Assembly (NCBI GenBank): GCA_949012915.1
Contig: CARLBU010000004.1
Location: 79,314-124,416 of the forward strand
Direction: 5' to 3'
DNA length: 45,103 bases
Source of the DNA: an uncultured Lachnospiraceae bacterium
Lineage (GTDB): Bacteria; Bacillota; Clostridia; Lachnospirales; Lachnospiraceae
The notes below the pieces were generated by a model. The model saw only the letters and a program-made list of their open reading frames with translations, was not told the DNA's origin and made no database searches. Within the stretch, counting starts at the first letter, position 1; every line of letters starts with the position of its first letter. The position numbers and the translations under genes were made by a program. Positions 7,995 to 17,267 of this stretch are shown here, in pieces.

Positions 7995-8687
7995 ATGGGA
8001 GAAATAGGAATGGAATGGAATCGATATAGGATTATGATAATAGAAGATGATCAGGGGATACAGGTACAGTTAAAAAATTTATTGGCCGGAAATGGATATG
8101 AAGTGGCTACGGTTGCGGATTTTTCTAAGACGATAGAGGAATTAAAGGTTTTTGCACCGCATTTGGTTCTTTTGGATATCAAACTGCCGGAGAAGAGTGG
8201 GTTTGAATTGTGTTCGCAGATTCGGGTTTTTTCGGATATGCCGATTGTATTTGTAACGAGCAGCAATACGGATATGGATGAGTTAAATAGTATTATGCTG
8301 GGGGGAGATGCATTTATTACAAAGCCTTATAATACCGCTATTTTGCTTGCGAAGATTGCTGCTTTGCTGCGGCGGGTGTATGCTTTTAAGCAGGCGGAGG
8401 TTTTTAGATGGAATGGGGCTGTTTTGTATTTAGAAAGCAGTCGGATAGAGTATCGGGGACAAAAAGCGGAATTAACGAAAAATGAGTTAAAGATTCTTTT
8501 TTATCTTTTTAAAAATGCGGGGAAGATTTGTTCTCGTAATGATATAGTGGATTTTCTTTGGGATAATCGACTCTATATAGATGATAATGCTCTTAGTGTG
8601 AATATGACTCGGATTCGTGAGAAACTGGCAGCAATCGGTTTGAAGGATTTTATTAAGACGAAGCATAGGCAGGGGTATTTGTTATGA
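7995..8687 (+). CDS. OmpR/PhoB-family response regulator (BceR-like)
   Basis: A receiver domain (IMIIEDD..LLDIKLP) plus a winged-helix DNA-binding domain. The first ATG in the ORF is at 7941; start 7995 is chosen because it follows the SD agagggggaa. Its stop overlaps the kinase start (ATGA). Confidence 0.85.
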   Translation: MGEIGMEWNRYRIMIIEDDQGIQVQLKNLLAGNGYEVATVADFSKTIEELKVFAPHLVLLDIKLPEKSGFELCSQIRVFSDMPIVFVTSSNTDMDELNSIMLGGDAFITKPYNTAILLAKIAALLRRVYAFKQAEVFRWNGAVLYLESSRIEYRGQKAELTKNELKILFYLFKNAGKICSRNDIVDFLWDNRLYIDDNALSVNMTRIREKLAAIGLKDFIKTKHRQGYLL

Positions 8688-9706
8688 ATGGAGGACAGTA
8701 TTGGAAGAATCTGCTGCCGGTTATTTTTATCAATCTTTTGGGTATGCTGGTGCTGGCTTTGTTTTTAATGGCTAATGGGAATGTTGTTTCGGTTGTTTTG
8801 TTTATTGTAGTTGTTTGGACAGTGGTTTTTATTTTTTATGTCTGTGTTCTTTATGGTATAAGAAAAAGATATTTTCGTCAGTTGTTAGAGACGGCGGAGC
8901 AGTTAGAGGAGCGGTATTTAATACCGGAGGTGATTGCTGTGCCAAAGAGAGCAGGGGAACAGGTGTTTTATCAGATTATGAAACTGGCGGAAAAGTCGAT
9001 GCTTGAAAAGATTGGTGAGGTGCAGAGGGAGCGAAAGGAGTATAAAGAATATATTGAACAGTGGATTCATGAGGTAAAAACGCCGATTACCGCAATAAAG
9101 CTGATATGTGTAAATAATCGGTTTGAGTTTACCAGGGATTTGCTGGCGGAATTGGAAAATGTAAATCGGTTTACAGAGCAGACCCTCTATTATGCCCGCA
9201 GTGAACATACAGAAAAAGATTATTTGATTCGGGAAGTTAGGCTTGGGGATATGGTACATGAGGCGATTGGGGAGAATAAATATCTTCTTCGGCAAAGCAA
9301 TATGACGGTTCTAGTGGATGAGATGGAATATTGTGTTTATACCGATAGTAAGTGGGTGCAGTTTATTTTGAATCAGATTATTAGTAATGCGGTAAAGTAT
9401 CGTACCGAGCAGCCGGTGCTGCATTTTTTTGCAGCAGAGAAAAAGGGGCAGGTGGTTTTGTATGCAGAGGATAATGGGATGGGCATATCGAAAGGGGATT
9501 TGTGCCGTATTTTTGAAAAAGGATTTACCGGGCAGAATGGGAGGAGGGTTTCTAATTCTACTGGTATGGGGCTGTATCTTTGCAGACGTCTTTGTGATAA
9601 GTTAGGAATTGGATTGGCTGTAGATTCGGAAGATTCGGAAGAAAAGGGAACTATGGTGTCCCTTTCTTTTTATAGAAATGACTTTGTGGATGGAGTGCAG
9701 AATTGA
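8684..9706 (+). CDS. Sensor histidine kinase (BceS-like intramembrane-sensing type)
   Basis: Two N-terminal TM helices with a minimal extracellular loop, an H-box HEVKTPITAIKL, and an HATPase_c domain (..DNGMGIS.., ..GTGMGLYL..). Confidence 0.85.
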   Translation: MNGGQYWKNLLPVIFINLLGMLVLALFLMANGNVVSVVLFIVVVWTVVFIFYVCVLYGIRKRYFRQLLETAEQLEERYLIPEVIAVPKRAGEQVFYQIMKLAEKSMLEKIGEVQRERKEYKEYIEQWIHEVKTPITAIKLICVNNRFEFTRDLLAELENVNRFTEQTLYYARSEHTEKDYLIREVRLGDMVHEAIGENKYLLRQSNMTVLVDEMEYCVYTDSKWVQFILNQIISNAVKYRTEQPVLHFFAAEKKGQVVLYAEDNGMGISKGDLCRIFEKGFTGQNGRRVSNSTGMGLYLCRRLCDKLGIGLAVDSEDSEEKGTMVSLSFYRNDFVDGVQN

Positions 9707-9823
9707 TCGGATGGATCGATTCTGCACTTCTTACATTTTTGTAAGAAGTGTGTAAGGAAACTTGATACCAAAATGTTTGCAGGTTCGTTATAATAAGAGC
9801 AGAAAAAAGGAAAAGGAGAGAGA

Positions 9824-10612
9824 ATGTATATGATTTTAGAGTTGGAACATATTCAAAAATATTATGGAAATAAAGGAAATCTGACAAAAGCGATTAAAGA
9901 TATTAGTTTTTCGGTGGAAGCAGGTGAATTTCTTAGTATTATGGGAGCTTCTGGTTCCGGGAAAACAACACTGCTTAATTGTATCTCTACGATTGATACG
10001 GTAAGTGCAGGTCATATCTATTTGGATGGAACAGATATAACGGAGATAAAGCCAAAGTCGCTTGCTCGGTTTCGCAGAGAAAATTTGGGTTTTGTGTTTC
10101 AAGATTTTAATTTGTTGGATACACTGACCATTTCCGAAAATATTGCATTGGCACTGACAATTAATCGGATGCCTGCAAGGATGATTGAGAAAGCTGTTTT
10201 AGAAATGGCAGAACAGTTGAATATTTGTGATATTCTTGATAAATATCCTTATCAGGTATCTGGAGGGCAGAAGCAGCGTTGTGCCTGTACCAGGGCAATG
10301 ATTCATAAGCCGAAGCTTTTGTTAGCGGATGAACCGACCGGGGCTTTGGACAGTCATTCGGCACAGATGCTGTTATCTACGATTCAAGGGATTCATAGAC
10401 AGATTGGAACAACGATTTTAATGGTGACACATGATGCTTTTACAGCTAGTTATGCTGAGCGGATTTTATTTTTGCAGGATGGGGAAATTTTTATGGAATT
10501 GTATAAAGGGAGTGACAGCAGAAGTGCCTTTTTTCAAAAGATTTTAAATGTGCTGACTATGATGGGAGGAGGAAAGAGTCATGTATGTGAAACTGGTTTT
10601 TCGAAATGCTAA
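9824..10612 (+). CDS. ABC transporter ATP-binding protein (BceA-like)
   Basis: Walker A GASGSGKTT, signature SGGQKQR and Walker B LLLADEP. Confidence 0.9.
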   Translation: MYMILELEHIQKYYGNKGNLTKAIKDISFSVEAGEFLSIMGASGSGKTTLLNCISTIDTVSAGHIYLDGTDITEIKPKSLARFRRENLGFVFQDFNLLDTLTISENIALALTINRMPARMIEKAVLEMAEQLNICDILDKYPYQVSGGQKQRCACTRAMIHKPKLLLADEPTGALDSHSAQMLLSTIQGIHRQIGTTILMVTHDAFTASYAERILFLQDGEIFMELYKGSDSRSAFFQKILNVLTMMGGGKSHVCETGFSKC

Positions 10613-12794
10613 GCGGTCGGTAAGGGATTATTTAGTTTATGTTGTAACTATGACGATATGTGTAACGCTGTTTTATTCGTTTTTGTCTATTTCCAGCAGA
10701 TATTATAAGCCGGATATTGGAAGTGAGTATGATTTTACGATGCTTAGTGACGGAATGAAAGCGGCCGTCTGTATGATTACATTGTGTTTGGCTTTTTTAA
10801 TCTGGTTTGTGAATCGATATATGCTGCAGCGGAAGCAGAAAGAGTTTGCCCTTCAGTTGATTATGGGAATGGAGCAAAAGACGGTTGCGGGGCTTTTCTT
10901 TGCGGAAACGCTGATAATGGGAATGATTTCTATCGGACTGGGAATTTTTTTTGGTGTGTTTTGTTCTCAGTTTATTACGGCAATGTTATTGACTTCTTAT
11001 GGGAAAACGTATCAGTTGGCATGGACACTGTTTCCAGATACGGTATTGCTGACGGCAGTGTTTTTTATTTTAAGTTTTTTTGCAGTGGGAAGTTTGAATA
11101 CTTATATGATTCGAAAGACGAAAATTGTTGCGATGCTTTCGGCGGATAGAGAGAATGAGCCTGAATTGAAGAAGAGCCGTTGGATTTTTGCAGTGGTGAG
11201 GATTTTCGAAGGATTTATGCTTTGGAGACTTATAACTGGGATACGGAAGGTTTGGTTTTATTATGACAGCCGTTTTGCTGTTCCTGTACAGGTTATGTTC
11301 TGGGGGAATCTTTTTTTTCCGGCTGTTACATTAGGCTGCTTTTTATTGTGGATTGTCCGAAGGAAAAAAAGAAAGGATTCTTCCTTACTTTTGGGACTGT
11401 TGGTGTGTTCGGTTTGTAATGCTTTTTTGGCAGCCAGTGTACCGGGTATAATCCATCAATATTATCTGCCGTTGGGGTCGGGGATAAAAAATCAATATCT
11501 GGTGTTTCTTTTGGCGGATCTGCTGTTTTTTATCTGTGATTTGATCTATTTGGCAAGCGGTCAGATTGCCGCATGGAAGGAAAAGTCACCGGAACATAAG
11601 TATAATGGAGAAAATTTGTTTTTTTGGGGACAGATTATTTCGAAATTAAATACCACCAGTAAGACAATGACGCTGATCAGTATTACTTTAGTACTTGCGA
11701 TTGTGATGTTTATTGCGGCACCTATTTTAACAGGTTGGGCTTCTGGATATTTGGACAGCCGTTCGATGTATGATGTGCAGATTTTTTCCAGATATAATCA
11801 GGTCTATCAAGAAGAATATTTGCCGCAGGATGACTATTTGCTGGCAAGTGATTTTTTGGGAGAGCATAGGATCGAGATTGCTTCTGATTGTACCTTTTAT
11901 CTGTATTTACCTAAGAAAGAAGAGTTTCATAATCGGAAGAAATATGAATTTCCTGCTGTGGCGATTTCTCTTAGTGATTATAATAGGATACTGACGATGT
12001 TAGGGAAAGAACCGATTTTTTTAGAGGAGAATGAATTTACAACACAGTGGAAATCCGTTGCAGCAAAGGAGGAACGGGACGATTTTCTTAGAGAACATAC
12101 CCATATCCTAACAGATGCCGGGGAATTGACGCTTTCAGAAGAGTCTTATTATCAGCATGAAATCGGACAAACGGTTTACAATTCCTATACCAATGTTTTG
12201 TATGTCTTTCCAGATTCGATTTGTGAAAGTTTGCTTCCGGTTATGCGGGATCGCTATATTCTAACAGAGAGAGGGATTTCTTATGCGGATGCTTGTAAAT
12301 TGGAAAGGGAATTTATAAAAGAATATCCCGAGCAGACAGAGAATGGCACAGCATATGGAATTCGTTTGCGTACCCTGCAGATAAATGGTACAAAGGCCAA
12401 TAATTTTGTTCTGCAGGCGGGGATGATTTATGCTGCCGTTGTGTTGATGGTAATCTGTCTTACCATACTTTCTCTGCAGCAGCTTTTGGATGCAGGGCAG
12501 TATCGCTATCGTTTTTCCGTACTTCGAAAATTGGGAGTGGAAGAGCAGAGAATCAAAAGACTTGTATTTCGGCAGTTAGGAGTGTGGTTTGGACTTCCCG
12601 TTGTTGTTGCAGTAGGGGCGGCTGTCGTTGTGCTTGTTTACTTTGTTCAGACGATATCGGCAGAAATTTCGGCATATATTGGGAGTAGGGCACTGCTGAT
12701 ACAGATAGGTGCAACTGGGGGAATTCTTATGCTGCTGCTGATTTGTTATTTTATTAGTACTTGGATTTTATTTCAGTACTCTATTAGTGAATGA
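10581..12794 (+). CDS. ABC transporter permease, FtsX family (BceB-like, large extracellular domain)
   Basis: 737 aa; the N-terminus MYVKLVFRNAKRSVRDY is typical of BceB-type permeases. It has ~10 TM segments with a long loop, and overlaps the ATPase gene. Confidence 0.85.
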   Translation: MYVKLVFRNAKRSVRDYLVYVVTMTICVTLFYSFLSISSRYYKPDIGSEYDFTMLSDGMKAAVCMITLCLAFLIWFVNRYMLQRKQKEFALQLIMGMEQKTVAGLFFAETLIMGMISIGLGIFFGVFCSQFITAMLLTSYGKTYQLAWTLFPDTVLLTAVFFILSFFAVGSLNTYMIRKTKIVAMLSADRENEPELKKSRWIFAVVRIFEGFMLWRLITGIRKVWFYYDSRFAVPVQVMFWGNLFFPAVTLGCFLLWIVRRKKRKDSSLLLGLLVCSVCNAFLAASVPGIIHQYYLPLGSGIKNQYLVFLLADLLFFICDLIYLASGQIAAWKEKSPEHKYNGENLFFWGQIISKLNTTSKTMTLISITLVLAIVMFIAAPILTGWASGYLDSRSMYDVQIFSRYNQVYQEEYLPQDDYLLASDFLGEHRIEIASDCTFYLYLPKKEEFHNRKKYEFPAVAISLSDYNRILTMLGKEPIFLEENEFTTQWKSVAAKEERDDFLREHTHILTDAGELTLSEESYYQHEIGQTVYNSYTNVLYVFPDSICESLLPVMRDRYILTERGISYADACKLEREFIKEYPEQTENGTAYGIRLRTLQINGTKANNFVLQAGMIYAAVVLMVICLTILSLQQLLDAGQYRYRFSVLRKLGVEEQRIKRLVFRQLGVWFGLPVVVAVGAAVVVLVYFVQTISAEISAYIGSRALLIQIGATGGILMLLLICYFISTWILFQYSISE

Positions 12795-12902
12795 AATAGA
12801 ATATTTGATTTGTATAATGTGTTGTAAAATACAGAAAATTTAGGAAAAAGATGAAAAATTTTCTTGAATTTTATAAGATATGATAGATATGTATAAAAAT
12901 AT

Positions 12903-12931
12903 TTGCTTTTGTTTATGCTGTTTAGTAGAAT
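12903..12931 (+). promoter_or_regulatory. Candidate sigma-A promoter TTGCTT-17-TAGAAT reading rightward into the invertible segment
   Basis: Judged from the hexamers and 17-bp spacer only. It lies just upstream of the left recombination site. Confidence 0.3.
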
Positions 12932-12960
12932 AGAAAAGGAAGATACTTTATAAAAAATAA

Positions 12961-12995
12961 AAATACAACACTTGTTAGTAAAATGTTGTATTTTT
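12961..12995. other. Left recombinase core-type site: two ~14-bp inverted arms around the 7-bp spacer GTTAGTA
   Basis: aaatacaacacttGTTAGTAaaatgttgtattttt. Its reverse complement is nearly identical to the site at 13748-13784, so the two sites are in inverted orientation. Confidence 0.6.
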
Positions 12996-13015
12996 ATATT
13001 TTTTATATCGGTGTT

Positions 13016-13044
13016 TTTATAAAATACTTTATAGCGTTTTTGAA
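13016..13044 (-). promoter_or_regulatory. Candidate outward-facing promoter on the minus strand (TTCAAA-17-TATAAA) at the left end of the invertible segment
   Basis: Read on the minus strand: TTCAAAaacgctataaagtatttTATAAA. In the present orientation it reads leftward, away from csrA-flagellin. After inversion it would read toward them. Confidence 0.3.
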
Positions 13045-13073
13045 TTTTTTTAAATTTTTTATTTTTCAAGGGA

Positions 13074-13116
13074 AATGCCGCTTATCCTCTGTCGATAAGC
13101 GGCATTTTTTTTTGTG
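13074..13116 (+). terminator. Intrinsic terminator: GCCGCTTATC-ctctgtc-GATAAGCGGC followed by T9
   Basis: A perfect 10-bp stem is followed by a 9-T run on the plus strand. It lies inside the invertible segment, between bceB and the recombinase 3' end. Confidence 0.75.
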
Positions 13117-13122
13117 ATTGGA

Positions 13123-13713
13123 TTAGAGTGTAATTTTTAAATACACTTCATCTCTTTCGTCTTGTTCAATACTTAAATATCGCTTGGTAATGCTGTAGGA
13201 GGAGTGATTGTAAAGATCCATTAAAAGGGCTGGAGGGGTTCCCTGTTTCCACGCATGATAACCGAATGTCTTCCTTAGAGAGTGGCAGCTGATATGTTGA
13301 TCCAGTCCAGATGCTTTGGCAGCAGTACAGATAATTCGGTAGGCTTGAGAACGACTGATTGGCTCATTCTTTCCTTTCTGACTTAAGAAGAGATACTGCT
13401 CTTTTTCATAGGGTTTTTCCTGGAAGGAATACGAGAGGTAGTTTTTTAGGGTGGTGCAGATAGAGCGGTTTAATGCAATCGTGCGGGATTTTCCAGTCTT
13501 TTGTTCTATTACTTCTAAATGTTTTTTCATGGTTTTAGTATGGTCATCATAGATATCGTTCCATTTTAATGTGAGAATATCGGAGATTCGCAGTGCTGTA
13601 TTTAGTCCCAATATAATCAGGGTATAGTTTCTTGGCTGAGGTTTTTGCAGCAAATAATAATTTTTAAATTGGTTCAGTGCATCTTTGCTTTTAATAGGCT
13701 GTGTTGTGCTCAT
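13123..13713 (-). CDS. Small tyrosine site-specific recombinase (catalytic domain only, FimB/FimE-sized)
   Basis: 196 aa with catalytic residues in order: R in ..LNTALRISD.., K in ..KTGKSR.., HxxR in ..HSLRKTFG.., H in ..LYNHSS.., and Y in ..ITKRYL... There is no N-terminal core-binding domain. Confidence 0.8.
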   Translation of the reverse strand: MSTTQPIKSKDALNQFKNYYLLQKPQPRNYTLIILGLNTALRISDILTLKWNDIYDDHTKTMKKHLEVIEQKTGKSRTIALNRSICTTLKNYLSYSFQEKPYEKEQYLFLSQKGKNEPISRSQAYRIICTAAKASGLDQHISCHSLRKTFGYHAWKQGTPPALLMDLYNHSSYSITKRYLSIEQDERDEVYLKITL

Positions 13714-13747
13714 GATAGATCCTCCGTTCGTTGAATTTTGCTTTCTT

Positions 13748-13784
13748 AAAAATGCAACATTTTACTAACAAATGTTGCATTTTC
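13748..13784. other. Right recombinase core-type site: aaaatgcaacattt-TACTAAC-aaatgttgcatttt
   Basis: 14-bp inverted arms flank a 7-bp asymmetric spacer. It is the inverted partner of 12961-12995, and the two bracket the recombinase gene. Confidence 0.6.
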
Positions 13785-13826
13785 ATATTGGCACAGAAGA
13801 CATGGAGAAAACAAGGAGGTTTTTAG

Positions 13827-14081
13827 ATGTTAAGACTGACTCTAAGTACAGAAGAATACCTGATGATAGGGGATAATATTAAGATTGCATTTTTAGGAGG
13901 CAGTAAAAGCCATCTTCGAATTCTGATTGATGCACCAAAGGAAGTCGGTGTAGTGAGAAGTAAAGTGATGGAACAGAACGTGCCGGAAGAAGAGAGGGGA
14001 TCTCTTCCTCAATATTATGCAGAACCGGAATTGGCAGAACGGTTTCGAAAAAAGAAATTTTCTTCGAAGGCAGGAAGCTAA
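13827..14081 (+). CDS. csrA: Carbon storage regulator CsrA
   Basis: The N-terminus MLRLTLSTEEYLMIGDNIKIAFLGG..LRILIDAPKEVGVVRSKV matches the CsrA fold consensus (MLVLTRK..IGDDI..GIDAPK). It is immediately upstream of flagellin. Confidence 0.85.
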   Translation: MLRLTLSTEEYLMIGDNIKIAFLGGSKSHLRILIDAPKEVGVVRSKVMEQNVPEEERGSLPQYYAEPELAERFRKKKFSSKAGS

Positions 14082-14345
14082 AAGAAGAAGAGAGGTTATT
14101 TATTATGGTTAATAACCGAAAGCAGTCCGCAACAATCGGGCCCAAAAGCGGGATGCGATTCGGATTATTAAATTCGGAAAGAAATCAAAAGAAATGATAT
14201 TTGGTGGAAATCCGAGATAGATTTTTTAAGAAATGAGGTAAGACTTTTCTTACCAAAGCGGCAAATGGAGTTGACCGCATAACAAAGAAACGGCAAGGGA
14301 AAAGAAAAATGATGAAACAAGCCGTATTACAAGGAGGTATATTTT

Positions 14346-15929
14346 ATGGTAGTACAACACAATCTTACAGCAATGAATTCTAATCGTATGCTAGGTATCA
14401 CAACCAAGGCTCAGGCAAAATCCACAGAAAAATTATCATCTGGTTATAAGATCAATCGTGCAGCAGACGATGCAGCAGGTTTGGCAATTTCCGAAAAAAT
14501 GAGAAAGCAGATCCGAGGACTGACACAGGCTTCTTCTAATGCACAGGACGGAATCAGTGCCGTACAGACAGCAGAAGGTGCATTGACAGAAGTACAGGAT
14601 ATGCTTCAGAGAATGAATGAATTGGCAGTAAAGGCAGCAAATGGAACGAATTCTTCTTCTGATAGAGATGCGATTCAGGCTGAGATCGATCAGTTGGTAA
14701 CAGAAATCGATCGTGTATCGGAGACAACGAAGTTTAATGAAACTTATTTGTTAAAAGGGGATGTAAATGCTGCAAAAGACACAAATTTCCAATATAAAGA
14801 AGTAGATGTGATTAGCCAAGACCTTTACTATGTAGAAGATAATACCGTTAAGACTTTATCGAAAGGGACGTTGAAAACAGCAGTTGATTCAACAAAAGTA
14901 TATTATAGTGACAGTACAGGTGCAACCTATGGAGTAGCGATTGCATCTAGTGATTCTGGTAATTTCTTAAATAATTCGGAAGCAGTTTTCACGGATAGTA
15001 CAGGTAAGTATTTGAAGAAAGTGGGAGATGAATATTATCAAGTTGCTTCTGGGGAAGCATATGATTCAACAATAACTTATTATTCTTCTAGTGCTGGAAC
15101 AGGTGATATAAAGAGCCAAGCAGTTGCAATTGCTAGTAATACTATAACTGATACTGGTGCACATTATAAGCTGAAGACAGAAGTATATGATTCAGATGGA
15201 AATAGGAAAGAGATAGGGACAGATATTGGTGCGACTGCTGCAGATATATCGAAGTATTATTCTACGCTTGCTCCTGTAAAACTTGCTGTAGATTCTGTCG
15301 CTTATTCTGACTATACAAGTAAGGGCGTAGTTCAATTTATTGATAAGGATGGTAATGAGATTGCTGCGAATGGTTTAGATAAATATATTAACAACAACGG
15401 TAAGTTAGATCCTAATGCAGAACTGTATTTAAAGACAGGAGAGGGTGCAACTGACCGTCAGTTGGCAACACAGGCTGACGTGGATAGATTGTTAAGTTAT
15501 ACAGATAAATTTGATGTAGGTGCTTTAACTTTGAATCTTCATGTAGGTGCAGATGCTACAACCAATAATCAGATTTCTCTTGATATAAAGTCTATGAGTG
15601 CTAAGGCAATTGGTGTCACTGGTTTAAAGGTAAATGGAGAAGATGATACAAATGCATTAAATGCAATTGAAACAATTAAAGCGGCATTGAATAAGGTTTC
15701 TGATCAAAGAGCTGCCCTTGGTGCTGTTCAAAACCGTTTAGAGCATACAATTAATAACTTAGATAATGTAGTGGAGAATACGACAAGTGCTGAAAGTCAA
15801 ATTCGTGATACGGATATGGCTACTGAAATGGTAAGATATGCGAATAATAATATTTTGGCTCAAGCTGGTCAATCTATGTTAGCTCAAGCAAATCAGAGCA
15901 ATCAAGGAGTTCTTTCTCTTCTTGGTTAA
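14346..15929 (+). CDS. Flagellin
   Basis: A conserved N-terminal D0/D1 region (..[24 protein letters not shown]..) and C-terminal region (..[25 protein letters not shown]) flank a long variable central domain. Confidence 0.95.
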   Translation: MVVQHNLTAMNSNRMLGITTKAQAKSTEKLSSGYKINRAADDAAGLAISEKMRKQIRGLTQASSNAQDGISAVQTAEGALTEVQDMLQRMNELAVKAANGTNSSSDRDAIQAEIDQLVTEIDRVSETTKFNETYLLKGDVNAAKDTNFQYKEVDVISQDLYYVEDNTVKTLSKGTLKTAVDSTKVYYSDSTGATYGVAIASSDSGNFLNNSEAVFTDSTGKYLKKVGDEYYQVASGEAYDSTITYYSSSAGTGDIKSQAVAIASNTITDTGAHYKLKTEVYDSDGNRKEIGTDIGATAADISKYYSTLAPVKLAVDSVAYSDYTSKGVVQFIDKDGNEIAANGLDKYINNNGKLDPNAELYLKTGEGATDRQLATQADVDRLLSYTDKFDVGALTLNLHVGADATTNNQISLDIKSMSAKAIGVTGLKVNGEDDTNALNAIETIKAALNKVSDQRAALGAVQNRLEHTINNLDNVVENTTSAESQIRDTDMATEMVRYANNNILAQAGQSMLAQANQSNQGVLSLLG

Positions 15930-16038
15930 TAGTAATTGTTGTAAAAAACAGATTAGATTAAATGGTATGAATATCTATAGGCGGTGCGGTTTTTACACCG
16001 CCTATTGTTATTTATTCTTTATTTTGTAGGAGTATAGT

Positions 16039-17244
16039 ATGAAGCTATTTATTTATGATTGGAATTTTATTACAAAGTATGATTTGTATAGAGCAATGCA
16101 GAAACAGGGGATTGAATATGATTTATTTAATTCAAAGTCAAATCCTAGAGTAAATTCACAAAGTAAGCAGTTTCGGGAGGATTTGGAAAAAGCCTTAGAT
16201 AATAAAAAATATGATGCAATTTTTTCTATTAATTTTTTTTTGGAGTTGGCAGAGGCAGCACATGCAAGAAATATACTTTATATTTGTTGGACATATGATA
16301 GTCCAGCCTTAGGCATAGCAAATGAAACTCATTTTTTTGACACCAATCGTATTTTTTTATTTGATTCTTCGGAATATGAGGAATTTCAGGAACATGGAGT
16401 AAAAAATATTTTTTATTATTTACCTTTGGCAGCTGATGCTAGACGTTTAAGTCGAATGAAACCTACTCCCATGGGAAGGATGAAATATCATGCAGATATT
16501 TCTTTTGTTGGGCAGCTTTATCAATCAGATATGGATAAAATGTTTCCCCTATTTGATGAATATGGTGCAGGCTATATTGCAGCACTGATTAATATACAGT
16601 TAAATGTTTATGGTACGAATTTTATTCAAGAATTAATTAATGAAAATCTTATTAAACGTCTATGCAATCAAAAAGTAACAGAAGCTTTATTGAAAAATTT
16701 GAATCATAATTTTTTTCATGATGTAGAAGAAGTAAAAAGTTGGGGATTGATTGCTTTTCTTTTAAAGGCAGTAACCAATAAAGAGAGAATACTTTTACTT
16801 ACACTATTGGCAAAATATTATCATGTAAAGTTGTTTACCATAAATAGTCCGAAACTTCCAAATGTAAAGATATGTGAACCTGTAGATTATAGATATGATA
16901 TGCCGCTTGTATTTAAGTGTAGTAAAATAAATTTAAATATTACATTGCGAAATATTCGCCGGGGTATCCCTCAGCGAGTGATTGATATTATGGGCTGTCA
17001 TGCATTAGCAATGACAAATTATCAAGAAGATTTAAATGAATATTTTAAAGACGGATAAGATCTTTTGATATATAGTTCTATGGAAGAGGCATTAGATAAG
17101 TGCAAATATTATCTAAGTCATGAAAAGGAAGCAGAAAAAATTAGACAAAACGGTTATAAAATTGTCAAAGATAAGTTTAGTTATGAACATCAATTAAATC
17201 GAATATGGGAACTCTCAGGTTTGAAAAACAAGTTATCAAAATAA
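16039..17244 (+). pseudogene. CgeB-like glycosyltransferase (DUF3880 family) interrupted by an in-frame TAA at 17056-17058. The same frame continues to 17244 and encodes the conserved C-terminus.
   Basis: Before the stop the translation is ..NEYFKDG. After it, ..DLLIYSSMEEALDKCKYYLSHEKEAEKIRQNGYKIVKDKFSYEHQLNRI aligns with the paralog's FKRDETLVYFTNPAEF..YQKLIEGHTYWHRI. The TAA sits where a Glu (GAA) is expected. Confidence 0.6.
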
Positions 17245-17267
17245 AGACAGATAAGCGAGGAATTATT

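Noticed and set aside
17205-17267. Upstream extension of the second CgeB-like gene (MGTLRFEKQVIKIKTDKRGII..)
   Set aside because: The extension overlaps the conserved C-terminal coding frame of the interrupted upstream paralog. The internal Met at 17268 has a proper SD (gaggaa), so the true start is taken there.
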